Assembly: GCF_006345805.1 (NCBI RefSeq)
Contig: NC_042997.1
Coordinates: 79,794,001-79,858,000 of the forward strand
Length of the DNA stretch: 64,000 nucleotides
Reading direction: 5' to 3'
Origin: Octopus sinensis
Taxonomy: Eukaryota
The translations under genes were made by a program, and so were the position numbers. This document shows, piece by piece, positions 48,830-61,157 of the stretch. The notes under the pieces are model-generated. The model saw only the letters and a program-made list of their open reading frames with translations. It was not told where the DNA came from and did no database searches. Positions within the stretch are counted from its first letter, which is position 1; every line of letters begins with the position of its first letter.

Positions 48830-50680
48830 TTGCAGACCACTTCAACAACAAATGACACAGACTTTGTTATTGTTGCTGGTAACTTCAATGGACATGTCAG
48901 ACAGCATCACTATAGATTCCAGGGAGTGTATGGGGGCTACAGTTTTGGGCCTAGAAATGAGGAGGGAACAAGACTGCTGGAGTACTGTGGTGTAAATGGT
49001 CTCATGATCTGCAACACTAACTTCAAAAAACCATCCAGCCACCTAATCACTTATCAGTCTGATGAGCACATAAGCCAGATTGACTACCTCCTCACCAGGC
49101 AATGAAATAGATGGATGCTTAAAAATGCAGTCTTTCCCAGGTGAAGAGTGTACAATACAACATAGGTTACTAGTTAATGACTTCAGAATTAGAGCTAGAA
49201 ATACTCAGAGAAATAAACCAATCTGGAAAAGAAGGCTATGGAAGTTCAAAGAGCCAGCAAACACAAAAATTTACAGATTTACTAATGGAAGCTTCTGACG
49301 AAAGAGAGGAAGAGTTGGGGACATATAACTTAGAAGACTTGGAAGTTCCTGCAGGACAATTTACTGAGGGCAATGGATGAAATCTGTGGTTTGGTGCAGA
49401 GTCCCAACTAGACCAAGGGTGACATGGTGCTGGAGCAAGAAGGTTGACAGCGTTATAAAAACAAAAACACAGGCCTGGAAAGACTGGAAAACTGGTGGAA
49501 GCAGAGAACTCTATCAGGTAGCCAAAGGGGAAGCTAGGCATCAGGTATACATAGCAAAAGGAGTAGCTAAAGGTAAGAGATTTGCAAATGTTCTACAGTG
49601 TGAGGATTTTAAAGCAGTGTATCAGAGAGAATAGAGATGTGGCAGGTGAAAAATGTGTGCGAATAGATAATGGTCACTTAGTGACTCAGAGAAGAAAGAT
49701 GCATGGAAGTGTCACTATGAAAGGTTACTAAATCTGGAAAATGAATGGGAAGAGAGTCTACAAAACATTAGACCAATTGAGGGACCAGCCATTAGAGTTG
49801 ATAGCAGCATAAGAGATAAGGCAATTAAGGACGTGAAAACAGGGAAAGTCCCTGGGCCATCAGGAATCACTGCTGAGATGATTAAAATCTCTGGTGGTGT
49901 AGGATACAGCTTAGTCACCCATATAGTTAATCAGGTTATTCAGGGGGGCACTATCTCCAATGTCTGGTGTAGTAGTAGTATAGTTAATTGCTACAAGGGT
50001 AATGGTGATGTCTCAGATAGAAACAACTACAGAGGCATTAAATTGCTAGACCAAGTCATGAAAGTTATAGCTCAATTGATTAGAAATAGAATTAAAGTAG
50101 ATGAGATGCAGTTTGGTTTTGTACCAGGGAAGAGTACCACAGATGCCATCTTCCTAGTGAAACAACTACAGGAAAAGCACTTGGCTAAAAGTAAGCCATT
50201 GTACTTAGCTTTTGTCTACTTGGAGAAAGCTTTTGACAGAGTTCCCCACTCTGTTATATGGTAGTCTCAAAGGAAGTTAGGAGTAGTTGAGTGGCTTGTT
50301 AGAGCTGTACAAGCTATGTACAGTGATGAATTTAGTGTAGAGGTAGGGGTCCACCAGGGCTCAATTCTCATCCCACACCTATTCATTATAGTCATCCAGG
50401 CCATAACAGAGCAATTCAGAACTGGGTGCTGATGGGAACTACTATATGCTGATGACCTTGCTCTTATTGCAGAATCTTTAGCAGAGTTGAAGAAATTCCA
50501 GGTATAGAAACAAAACCTGGAATCAAAGGGCCTTAAAGTTAGCCTAGCAAAGACCAAAGTTGTTAGTAAGAAAGAAGATAAAACTCTCTTTCCATCAGGT
50601 AAATGGCCCTGCTCAATATGTAGGAAAGGAGTTGGAAGAAATTCCATTCGCTGCACCCAATATAAACTATGGCCACATAG
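48830..50680 (+). mobile_element. Decayed RTE-type LINE with APE endonuclease C-terminus and RT
   Basis: VAGNFNGH, RNEEGTRLLEYC, CNTNFKK, SQIDYLL (APE); GKVPGPSGI, NYRGIKLL, QFGFVPGKSTTDAIF, DLEKAFD-like, YADD (RT). Confidence 0.9.
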
Positions 50681-50769
50681 AATTAAACAATATTTCTTAA
50701 AGAAATAAAATCATGATTTTTCTTATAATTAATTTATTTGCTTATTTATTTAACTATTATTGCTATTAT

Positions 50770-50876
50770 TGTTATCCTGAAGAGTGACTATAATTTTAAA
50801 TTGAATTGTTTTTCGATTAAATTTAAATTTAATTGTAATTCGAATTTAAATTATAGCCATGAAATGTACATAGTTT
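50770..50876 (+). ncRNA. Decayed hammerhead motif in a Penelope-like remnant (50690-51105)
   Basis: CTGAAGA(50777-83)-GTGaCTATAATTT...AAATTATAGcCAT-GAAA(50861-64)-TGTACA-TA. Stem II is good and stem I is poor. Confidence 0.5.
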
Positions 50877-51103
50877 TTTTACTTATTATATATTGTTTAT
50901 TCATTTTTGTACTTTTTGTGATCTAGTTATATGTTTTAAAAAATACATTTTATTTTTTATTTATGATTTGGTTTATGTCTATCATTGTTTGAATTGCATA
51001 ATAGTGGTTTTTCTCTAATTTATATATTATATATTTATATTGTGAAATTTGATTTAATACAAAATTGAATTTTTCCCTGTAAGTTTGGAGTTATACTCCC
51101 TAA

Positions 51104-51151
<48 letters not shown>

Positions 51152-54100
51152 TACACATACGCATATATATACATTTATATATACATTTTTCAATTCATTT
51201 TGCAAGATTCCTGATGTGAAATTGTGCGGTTGAAACAAATATTGTTGTATTTCAGGGTTCTCAAGCTACGGTGGGGGTGGGGGGACAAACACAAACATAG
51301 ACACATATATATATGACGGGCTTCTTTCAGATTCCATCTACTAAATCCAATCACAAAGCTTTAGTAGTAGACACTTGCTCAAGGTGCCACACAGAGGGAC
51401 TGAACCCGGAACTATGTGGTCGGTAAGCAAGCTACTTACCACACAGCCACGCCTACACCTATATATATAGTTTCAAGCCTTTTCCCACCATTTCAATTTC
51501 TAGCTATTATTTTGTTGCACATATGTTGGAAGATATTTTCTTCTCACAAATTAGCCAATTTCAAAATTCTCTCAGAATTCATTCCCACTATGTTAATTTA
51601 CTGTGTTGGGAAATATCATAATGCTATAATTTCTCTTTCAAAAAGACTGAAAGCTTTTTATGGCTGTTGTTGTTCATTATCAGTATTCAGTCTCTCTCTT
51701 AATTCTTTAAATACTAAAGCAGTTCAAACATCATAAATGTCAATCTTACTAACTGAAAATTGGTTACATGATTTAATTGTTCTCTAAAGCATAGCCCTAT
51801 AATCTACACACACACACACATGCATGCACATACACATAAATATAAATATAATATTCTGCAGGTAAAGGGAAATTTATATGCGCCTGTGTTTGTTTAAACT
51901 TCCATTTTACAGAGGAGCAACTCCATCCTCCTCACCTCATTAATATGTTACATCTGCTTTCCATGCAGGCAAGGGCTGGATGAGTCCTCACAGTTTAAAT
52001 CAGTTCTTAATTAGACTGGTCTTACATCTATTTTTTTACATGACTTCTATAGCCACTTGCCCTTCCCAGCATCAACTCCATCATAATGTGGATTGTGCGC
52101 GTTTTGTAATGGCACCAGCACTTCCATTAATGGTAGCCCTTATATTTTCACTTTTTCTCTTCATTGCACAAGAATGCCCTACTTTGTTCATATCTCCATC
52201 TTTTTCAAATTCAGCTTTCACACCATATTGCTAGAAACCCATGTAGCAACTTACCTCATTCTTCAGTACTGGGACCCTTTCTCTTCAAACCATCCTAAGG
52301 TCTATTTATCACCATCAATTTCTGCATGAAAACCCTTGTTCTTAACAATTAAACTTTTATCTTTTTTTTCTTTTTTCATCTCTCCTAGTGTCTCCATTCA
52401 TTGAGTGTATACTAGCTGTATATTGAACAACTCCAAACTTCTTTTCTTCCTCATCAATTGTAACATCTCTAAGCATGTCAATTACATCCATTCTTATTAT
52501 CATATTACTTTTGACAATGAAACCTATCACAAATGCTTGCTGCCCCAGTCACACTCAGTGTACCATTAGCACCACCTTACTTGTACCTCAGAATCTATCA
52601 ACCAATATATGATCAACATAGCAGTACAATCAATACCAATTAATATCTAAATAGGAAACAAAGACTAAAACATTGTAAAGATGCATCTATCATCTCTCAA
52701 GTGTTATCTTAGACACAGTGCCCATATATAATTTTCCTTTCCCTTGAGGCAGTACTGCCCATTTTAAGAAGCACTGCTCTAAACCAACCTCAGCCCAACT
52801 TTATTTAATATTACTACTTTTGATCAATCAATAAGAATGTCTCTAATACCTTACACAGAATTTTGTGTGTGTACAAACATCAATATAATGGCCTTCTATT
52901 ACAATTTCTGTACAAAAAAAAAAAGAGTTTTAAACACACACCCAAATCTGCTATTAGTGTATGTTGGTAAATAAAATTATCTGATCATACCAATAACTTT
53001 CATGTTATTGACTTTATTCCTCAGCATAAAGTAATTCTTTCTACTATAGGCACAAAACCTGAAATTTTGTGGGGAAGGAATAGTCAATGACATTGAGCCC
53101 AGTGTTCACTTAGTACTTATGTTGTTACTGTCCCTGAAAGGATGAAAGGCAAAATCTCAAGCAACATTTGAACTCATAACATACAGCCAGAAGAAATGCT
53201 GCAAAGCATTTTGTCCAGAGCAGTAATGATTGTGCCAGCTTTCCACCTTTAGTGTGTCTAAAATAATTAAAAATAAGAGGTAGTTAAAATATTTGAGGGT
53301 ATTGGATGTCCTTGATTTGTCATGTTGCCAATGATGTCAAAGTCTTTTTATGAAACATCAGAAAGTGGTTATGCTTTGAAGCTAAGCAACAAAAACTTTG
53401 GTATGTGGTGGCAAGTTGAGATAAGCTTTGATATATGGAAGTTGACATGAGCTCAAATTTGGAGTAGAGTGACAGATAATGTAGAGTGTCTCTGTGAGTC
53501 AAAGGCCATTAAATTTAGGTCTTTTCCTTCATGCTAATGCCCTGTCTGTAATTATCTGTGTGGGTTTATTCACAAAAATCTTTCTTCAGCCATAAACTGT
53601 CATTTATATTGAGAAAATAAGAGGTAAAAACTGTTTCCTAAAATTGTCAGAGCTCAAATAGAAGTAAAGTCTTCCAAAAACAAATCACACAGCTGAGACA
53701 CACAGGTGATAGAAATCAGTCAACTGCTTTGAATATCTTTAAAATTATTAGTAACATGGATTGTCAGAATTCTACAATTTGTAGAATTCTGACCAACCAC
53801 TTTGCAGTGTGGACTTGATGCATTTTACGTGGCACCAACACTGGTAGGGATCACCAAGTAATTTGCAAGACAAAGACCCTTTGAGTGGAAGGTTCAATGG
53901 AGGAGGTGGCCTTGCCCAGGTGATGAGTGGTTAGAGTGTGAAAGAGAGTGAGTGAGAGTGGAAGTTGGGAAGGGTATGAGAGTCACAGAGACAGAGTGGG
54001 AGAGAGATGTTTTAAACCATTAAAGTGCCAGGGCACACCCTCATGGTTTGGGGATTAGAATATATATATGGGATGGTAGAGGATGCATGAGTAGAGAAAG

Positions 54101-54385
54101 GACTTCACATAAATGCCAAGAGTGTTGGGGTAGGGAATGAAGTAGTTGGTCAAACCTGAGTATATTGAGGTAAGGACAAGATAGCAATGATACAATGAGC
54201 AGAGCAGTGAGGACAGGTCTCCTTCATCCACAGGTGCAATCAACTTTCAGCAATTGGCACTTCTTTACACAGCTGTCTTCATTCATATACATCACACATC
54301 AAAACGAACATGGTCATTTATTTCTGTGAGAATTTTGTATATTCCCATGCTTTTTTTCCTTTTCCCTTCCTTTTCTCTGTAAAAG

Positions 54386-57300
54386 ATGAGTCTTCCCAGT
54401 TTGCCCACGTACTCTGATGACATCACACTTTGGTTTGCTCTATTGGATGCATATCTTTCCACCCATGCTGTGCCTCACCAACAGCAACTGAATCTTTTGT
54501 ACTGTGGAATGCCTTCACCTCTTGCACACTCAGTGAAAGATCTCATCACTGACCACATCCATCAAATCCGAGGTTCTCCATCGGAACACACAATCTGCGG
54601 AGAGTAAATTCCGGACACTGATGCAGGATGAACACCTGGGAGATAGGGAACCATCTGAGTTTCTTTGTCGGTTGCGAGAACTCAGCGACACTCTACTTGG
54701 GGACAATCCTCTGCAAAGGAAATTGTTTTTCTCTCACCTACCACCGAATGTCCAATCAATACTGGCCACAACGGTCGACTCCAATTCACTCGATCAGATA
54801 GCCACCCTGGCAGACAAGATCATAGGGCTTACTATGTAGCTTGCTCCTCACCATACCTGTTCGGACCCCACAGTAGCTTCCTCTACTATAGCAGAGTCTC
54901 CTTATTTCTTTACTACCCACAAGGGGCTAAACATAGAGGGGACAAACAAGGACAGACAAACGGATTAAGTGGATTACATCGACCCCAGTGCGTAACTGGT
55001 ACTTAATTTATCGACCCCGAAAGGATGAAAGGCAAAGTCAACCTCGGCGGAATTTGAACTCAGAATGTAACAGCAGACGAAATACGGCTACGCATTTCGC
55101 CCGGCGTGCTAACGATTCTGCCAGCTCGCCCTATAGCAGAGTCTCCTGCCTCATCACATGATGACATTTTGGAAAGAGAAGATGCATTAATGCATCGCAT
55201 GGACATACTGTGGCGAGAATACGCCAGCTCTTGTCGTCCTCACAGCAAAAGTCATTCTAAGCCATGGTCGTCTAGTTCTGCTCCAACAGTTTCTAATCTC
55301 TGCTGGTATCATGTCAGATTTAAGGACAAAGCCCATCGATGCATCCAGCCCTGTTCATTCAAGCTGTCGGGAAATTAGTTGTAGAAGATTTGGGCACATC
55401 AATTTCTACCTGCAATTTTTCATCTCACTGTGCATTGTTTGTTAAGGATCATGTGCCTAACGAACCGTTCATGGTTGACACTGGATCCAGCTGTTCTATT
55501 AAGCCTTTGTGTCTTACTTCAGACAAGCCAAAGCAATCTGCCATTAATCTGCACACGGTGAATCTTTCCCCAATAAAAACTTATGGTCAGGTCTCATGAA
55601 ATCTAGATCTCAACCTTTGAGATTTTAGGTGGGTTTTTGTTTATATCATACCCCATTCTGGGTGTGGACTTCTTAAACCACTTTCACTTGTTAGTAGATG
55701 TCAGGCGACAGAGACTCGTGGACATTCTACATCTTTGTTTACATCTGCTCGGGTTACTATTAATGCTGTTTTCAGCCCGTCATTTTTTGTTGCCACTGCT
55801 GGAGATCAGTTCCACTCTCTTTTGGCTTCATTCCCAGAGCTGACAGATCTGACTTTCAAATTAATCAAAGTTACACACTTGACTTGCCATTATATCACTA
55901 CTTCTGAACCACCCGTTTTTCACGTCCATGGTGACTTGCCCCTGATCGGCTCAAAAAGGTTCAATCTGAGTTTGAGCATATGCTTCAACTTGGCCTTATT
56001 TGCCCCTTCTCCAGCCCTTGGGCATCTCCTCTTCATTTGGCATGGAAAAGGGATTCAGATTTTCAATCGGTGGGGGATTACAGATGTTTGAATGCAGTCG
56101 CTGTTCCTGATCGCTATCCGATAGGGAATCTCCGGGATTTTTCTTCAAATTTGCATAGTTGTACTATTTTTTCCAAGGTTTACCTCATCCGGGCTTATCA
56201 TCAAATTCTGATGAACCCTCACGACATTCCAAAAACTGCCATTACCACCCCATTTGGAAGTTTTGAGTTCCTGTTTATGAGCTTCGCTTTACAAAATGCA
56301 ATGAGTACATTCAAGAGGTTTATTGACGAAGTTGTCTGTGGACTTGACTCTGTGTTTGCGTATATGGATGATTTGCTCATAGCTAGCGGCATACATGAAA
56401 ATCACCTCTAACACTTATCTCAACATTTTCAGTATCTTCGCACCTACAATGTGCAAATCAACCCTGATAAGTGTGTTTTCGGACAGACCTCTCTGGAATT
56501 CCTAGATCATTATATCAACTGTAATGGTATCCAAACGCTTTCCACCAAAGTCGATGCAATTCAACGAATCTCTCCTCCCACTTCTTTATGCCAACTGCGT
56601 CATTTCTTGGAAATTGTCAACTTCTACAGGAGATTCATACCTAAATGTGCAGACAAGTTACTTCCCTTGACTCAACTATTGGAAGCAAATAAAAAAAAAA
56701 TTCTCCTATCACTTTATCTACTGAGGCATTATCTTCTTTTGAATCAATCAAGAAGGAAATAGCTTCTGTTCCTTTGCTTGCACATCCGGGTCCTGATGCT
56801 CATCTCTCTTTAAGTTGATACATTGGATTCTGCAGTTGGTGCCATTTTACTACACACTGTCGATAATCAAACTCGACCTTTGGCATTCTTTTCTCATCAA
56901 TTAAAGCCAGCTGAACGTCATTACAACTCTTAGCAATCTACCTGTCAATTCATCATTTTCAGCATCAACCCAAGGGCCAAGATTTTGTGATTTACACTGA
57001 TCACAAGTCTCTTATGTTTGCTGTCATCTAAATTGGACAGACACTCACCTCGTACCTTTCTTCACCTGGTCTACATTTACCAGTTCACGAGTGACATTTG
57101 GCATATTCCTGGAGCAGAGACCATACCTGCTGATGCACTCTCTCGTCTCCCTGTGTGTTCTCTTTCATCTCCTGCTGCAATCGATTTAACTGCCATTGCA
57201 CAGGACCAGCCAGCTCTGAGCACATTGGATCTAACTTCTACCAAGTGGCCCTGTTGCAAGTTTGCCTATCTTCCACTTTCGTCTGCTGAAGGCACCATCC

Positions 57301-58757
57301 TTTGTGACACAGCTACTGGTTCTCCCAGGCCGTTTGTACCAGCAAACCATCAGTGTTCTGTTTTTGATGCTTTGCATTCACTGTCACATCCTAGCATTGC
57401 TGTCTCGGTGAAGCTTATTACAGCTTGGTTTTTCTGGCCTAATATGCACTGGATGACCAATGCTTGGGCATGCATTTGTGTGAAATGCCAGCGTTCTAAA
57501 ATCCACAGACACATTCGCACTCCTCTTGGACAGTTTTCTCTGCTGGAGACTTGCTTTCGCCATGTCCACATTGATCTGGTTGGACCATGGCCTGTCAGTC
57601 ATGGTTTCTCTTACATATTGACATGCACCGATCGTTTCTCTCATTGGCCTGAAGCCATTCCAATAGTGGACATTTCCACTGAGCCAGTGGCTCAAGCGTT
57701 CGTTTTTAATTTGATTGCTCGTTTTGGTGTTCCGACTAAGATAACCACTGACCGTGGACGTCAGTTTAAAGCTTCCTTATTTCGTGAATTATCATGAATC
57801 CTAGGTGTTCATCACATTCGTACGACCAGCTACCATTCAGCTTCCAACAGGATGGTTGAACATTTTCACAGGCAACTGAAGGTCACTCTACACAACACTC
57901 ATGATCCACAGTCTTGGACAGAATTCCTGCTTATCGTTCTTCTTGGTTGTCGCACTGCCATTAAGACAGACTTAGGTTTCTCCTCTGCCAAACTCCTTTA
58001 CAGTACCACCTTGGCACAATGTTAACACCAGCCAATTCACCGCATCCTGATCCAATGTTGTATGTCACCAGACTTTGCTGGAGTCTTTCACCAATATATC
58101 CATGTGACCAATCTATTCCCTCTCACATTCCACCAGATATTGACAAGTGGACTCATGTTTTTGTTCAGGATGATTCTGTCAGAGGGCCGCTCATTTCTCC
58201 CTATAAAGGACCATTTCACATGCTATCACGCACACGCAAAACTTTTAGTCTCGACATCAATGGTCGGGTAGAGACCGTGTCAGTCAACAGACTTGAAAAG
58301 GCATAATTTGAGGTTTCCACACCCTTCGATGACACCCCAGCTACGCTCACTTTTGATCCTTTACAACCACCTACACATGCACCTTTGATCACACCATAAC
58401 CTACACCTTTGTCACCACAACCTAACACAAACAAACCTTATGTCATCAGGACAGGCTGTACTGTGCACTGGCCAAAAAACTTAACCAAAACTATTTATAT
58501 CTGACAATCTCTTTTGTGTTTCCTGTGACAGACAATTGCTCTCTTGTGTTACTGAACAATTCCAATACTCTGCCATTGAACATTTTGTCAAATTTTGTGC
58601 ATGCCAATTTATATTTCTTGCAATTATATTTCTTTTTGACCTGTCACATTTTTGCACCATATTTTGTTGTTTGCGATCGGTTACCATCTTTGCTCTTTTC
58701 TTGTGCCTGCTCCAGTTATTCTCTATTTTTGCACTGACATTCTCAGGGGAAAGCCCC
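54386..58757 (+). mobile_element. Decayed Ty3/Gypsy retrotransposon internal region (gag-PR-RT-RH-IN)
   Basis: gag-like WF..DAY and LCWYHVRFKDKAHRCIQPC; protease VDTGSS; RT SPWASPLHL, DYRCLN, AYHQI, KTAITTPFG, YMDD; integrase HVHIDLVGP, DRFSHWPEAIP, RFGVP.KITTDRGRQF, VSVNRLEKA. Many stops and frameshifts. Confidence 0.92.
54903..55130 (-). mobile_element. Full-length tRNA-derived SINE inserted in Gypsy gag, 17-bp TSD
   Basis: TSD ctatagcagagtctcct at 54886-54902 and 55131-55147. Minus strand starts GGCGAGCTGGCAGAATCG (A-box region), has B box GAGTTCAAATTCC and an A-rich tail. Confidence 0.85.
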
Positions 58758-59110
58758 TGTAGCGAGGCACAAAGAAGCCAGTGCCATTTTGAAACAGCAA
58801 GATCTTGCCTGCAACCATTATTTAAGGAAAAGACAACATTTTTCCTCTCATTCTTCTCATGCAGACGCCGAGAAGACACTTCGAAGCCAGGAGCTCACTG
58901 CAGACTTTTGTCCCACTGTGATACAATATGTATTGTCTCCAGAGATTACTGAACCTCGTATGTATAGGAGAGAAGGCTAACTATGCACTGTTGTGAAGAT
59001 GGTTACTGAAAGCAAACTGCTTGTATGAAGCTCCTGTGAATAAACGGTTATTGAATTTACTCTGCCTGAGAACTTCATCCTTCATATTTCCAGCTCCTTG
59101 ATTCAACAGA
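58758..59110 (+). mobile_element. Putative 3' LTR of the Gypsy element
   Basis: Purine tract caggggaaagcccc immediately followed by TGTAGC; AATAAA at about 59039. The right end is uncertain and no matching 5' LTR was seen. Confidence 0.45.
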
Positions 59111-59487
59111 ATAATTATAATGGAAGAAGATACCCCAAAAGTATCATGAAAACCTTCCTTCCATTATAAGTTCTAAAATCACAAACATTCAATCTTTGAC
59201 TGTTTTGTCTTTTAGTATAAGTACATTCATCAATATTGTTGCAAAATATGGCCTTCTGACATGAACATGGCTTCAAGAACCAAGTTAGTAAATGAGAAAC
59301 CACAGGCCAGCCCAGCAAGTCAACTTACTTAGAGAGGAATTAGTCATACCCAATGATTTTCTTTGCAATGTGATCCTTTGTCATGTAGGTTCACTTCAAC
59401 TAGTCACACCACATTTTTACACTGACTGTCTTAGTTGCCAACTTCACACTGGCTATCTTTTTTACTGTTTATTTATGTTGTCATCTT

Positions 59488-59595
59488 CACACTCCACATT
59501 CTTTACATTGCCAACTCACACTCCACGTTCTTTACATTGCTAACTTACATGCTGCGTTCTTTACATTGCCCACTCACACATGCGTTCCTTCACCA
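59488..59595. repeat. 29-bp minisatellite, about 3.5 diverged copies
   Basis: cacactccacattctttacattgccaact repeats at 59488 and 59517, with two further decayed units. Confidence 0.7.
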
Positions 59596-59916
59596 GTTCA
59601 AATTGTTGACCTCACAGCAAAGACCCACAAAAAAGCATGCAGCATGCTTCAAATTAGTCTCGTGATCAAAAAGTTTTTTATCCTTCATAACACTATGTTC
59701 TGCCTCTTACTAAGTTGGTTGCATTTGATTTAAGGAAGTTTGTCAGTTATTTCACCAAATAGATTGTACTACTGGAGGATTCCTTGTTAGCTCAGTCTGT
59801 CAGATATTTAAATGATTGCTTGTATTGTTGTTTAACTCCAGAACATCCCTACAATAGAGATGATTGATTAAAGGCCTTCTCACTTTAATCACTGTTACAT
59901 CCCCCCATTTGGGATA

Positions 59917-61157
59917 CAAGGGTTGGCTGAAAAGTTCATAGGTTAACCAAGATACTCTCATGGAGTGTCTCATCAAATAAGGTCTATTTTTCAACATACT
60001 CCCCTTTGTGATCCACACACTTTTTCCATCAGTGTAGCAGTGCTTGGATCCCATTGGTGATGACGCTTTTATCTTGTTAGTCAAAAAAGTCATAAACTGC
60101 AGATATGACATCATCATCCTTGTGATACTGCTTCCCAGCCAAATGTTTTTATGTTAGGGAACAGATGACAGTCAGATGGAGCCAAATCAACCCTTTCAAA
60201 GCAACAGTTATGCAGAGCAACCCTTGAAAGCAATGATGTGTGCTGGAGCATTGTCCCAATGAAACAAGACCCCTTTCATCAGTTTTCCTGAGTGTTTGGT
60301 CTTGATAACCTTTCATAACTGCCTCATCAAGTTGGCATAGTACTCTCCATTGATGTTGTGGCCCTTTCAAAAATAGTTAGTAAACACAATGCCCTTTACA
60401 TCCCAAAAAAACTGAGGCCATCACCTTCTCTGCAGATGAAATGACCTTGACCTTTTTTGGGATCTCATGTGGAGGAGTGTTTCCACTGCTTGGATTGACT
60501 CTGTCTCTGGCTCAAAGTGATAAGGCGTTGATAATCATCCAGGGCTAGGAAATATTCAAGAAAACCAACTAGATTGGCCACAAATAATGTCAGATTTTTG
60601 CCATATGATCAGCCTGGTGCACATTTTATCAGGTGTCAGAAAATGTAGTACCCACTGAGTAGAAAGCTTCATCACACTAAGTTTGTTATGCAGAATATTC
60701 TCAACTCTCTGACGGGATATGCTAATAGTGTTGACTATTTGATTTAAAGCCAATTGCCTGTCATCCACCATCAAGTTGTGAACACAATCAATGTTTTCCT
60801 GTGTGGCAGCTGTAGGACATCCAGACCTTGAGTCATCTTCAAAACTCTCCCTTCCCCTCCTAAATTCAGCTGCTCGCTTTTGCACTGTTAATAAAGATGG
60901 AGCATCATTCCCTAATGTAGCAAGTATATCAGCATGTAAGTCCTTAGCAGGGCTAAGCTGTTTTTCTAAGGTACATGATAACACCACTATGCCAAATTTT
61001 GTCCATTTTCATTGACATCTTTGAATGGTCAGATGTCAGTTTACCTGGAAAGAAACAACACGGTTATTAATAAGTGTTGAAATTAATGCATGTAAGATTA
61101 CACAGCTCTAGCATCATTCCTTCATAGTTAACCTATGAACTTTACAGCCCACCCTCA
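59917..61157 (-). mobile_element. Near full-length decayed mariner transposon
   Basis: TIRs gggttggctgaaaagttcataggttaac / gttaacctatgaactttacagcccaccc with TA on both flanks. ORF 60556-60987 has the N-terminal HTH region (LGNDAPS, AEFRRGRESFEDDSRSG, WVLHFLT, approximating WVPHxL). Confidence 0.88.
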
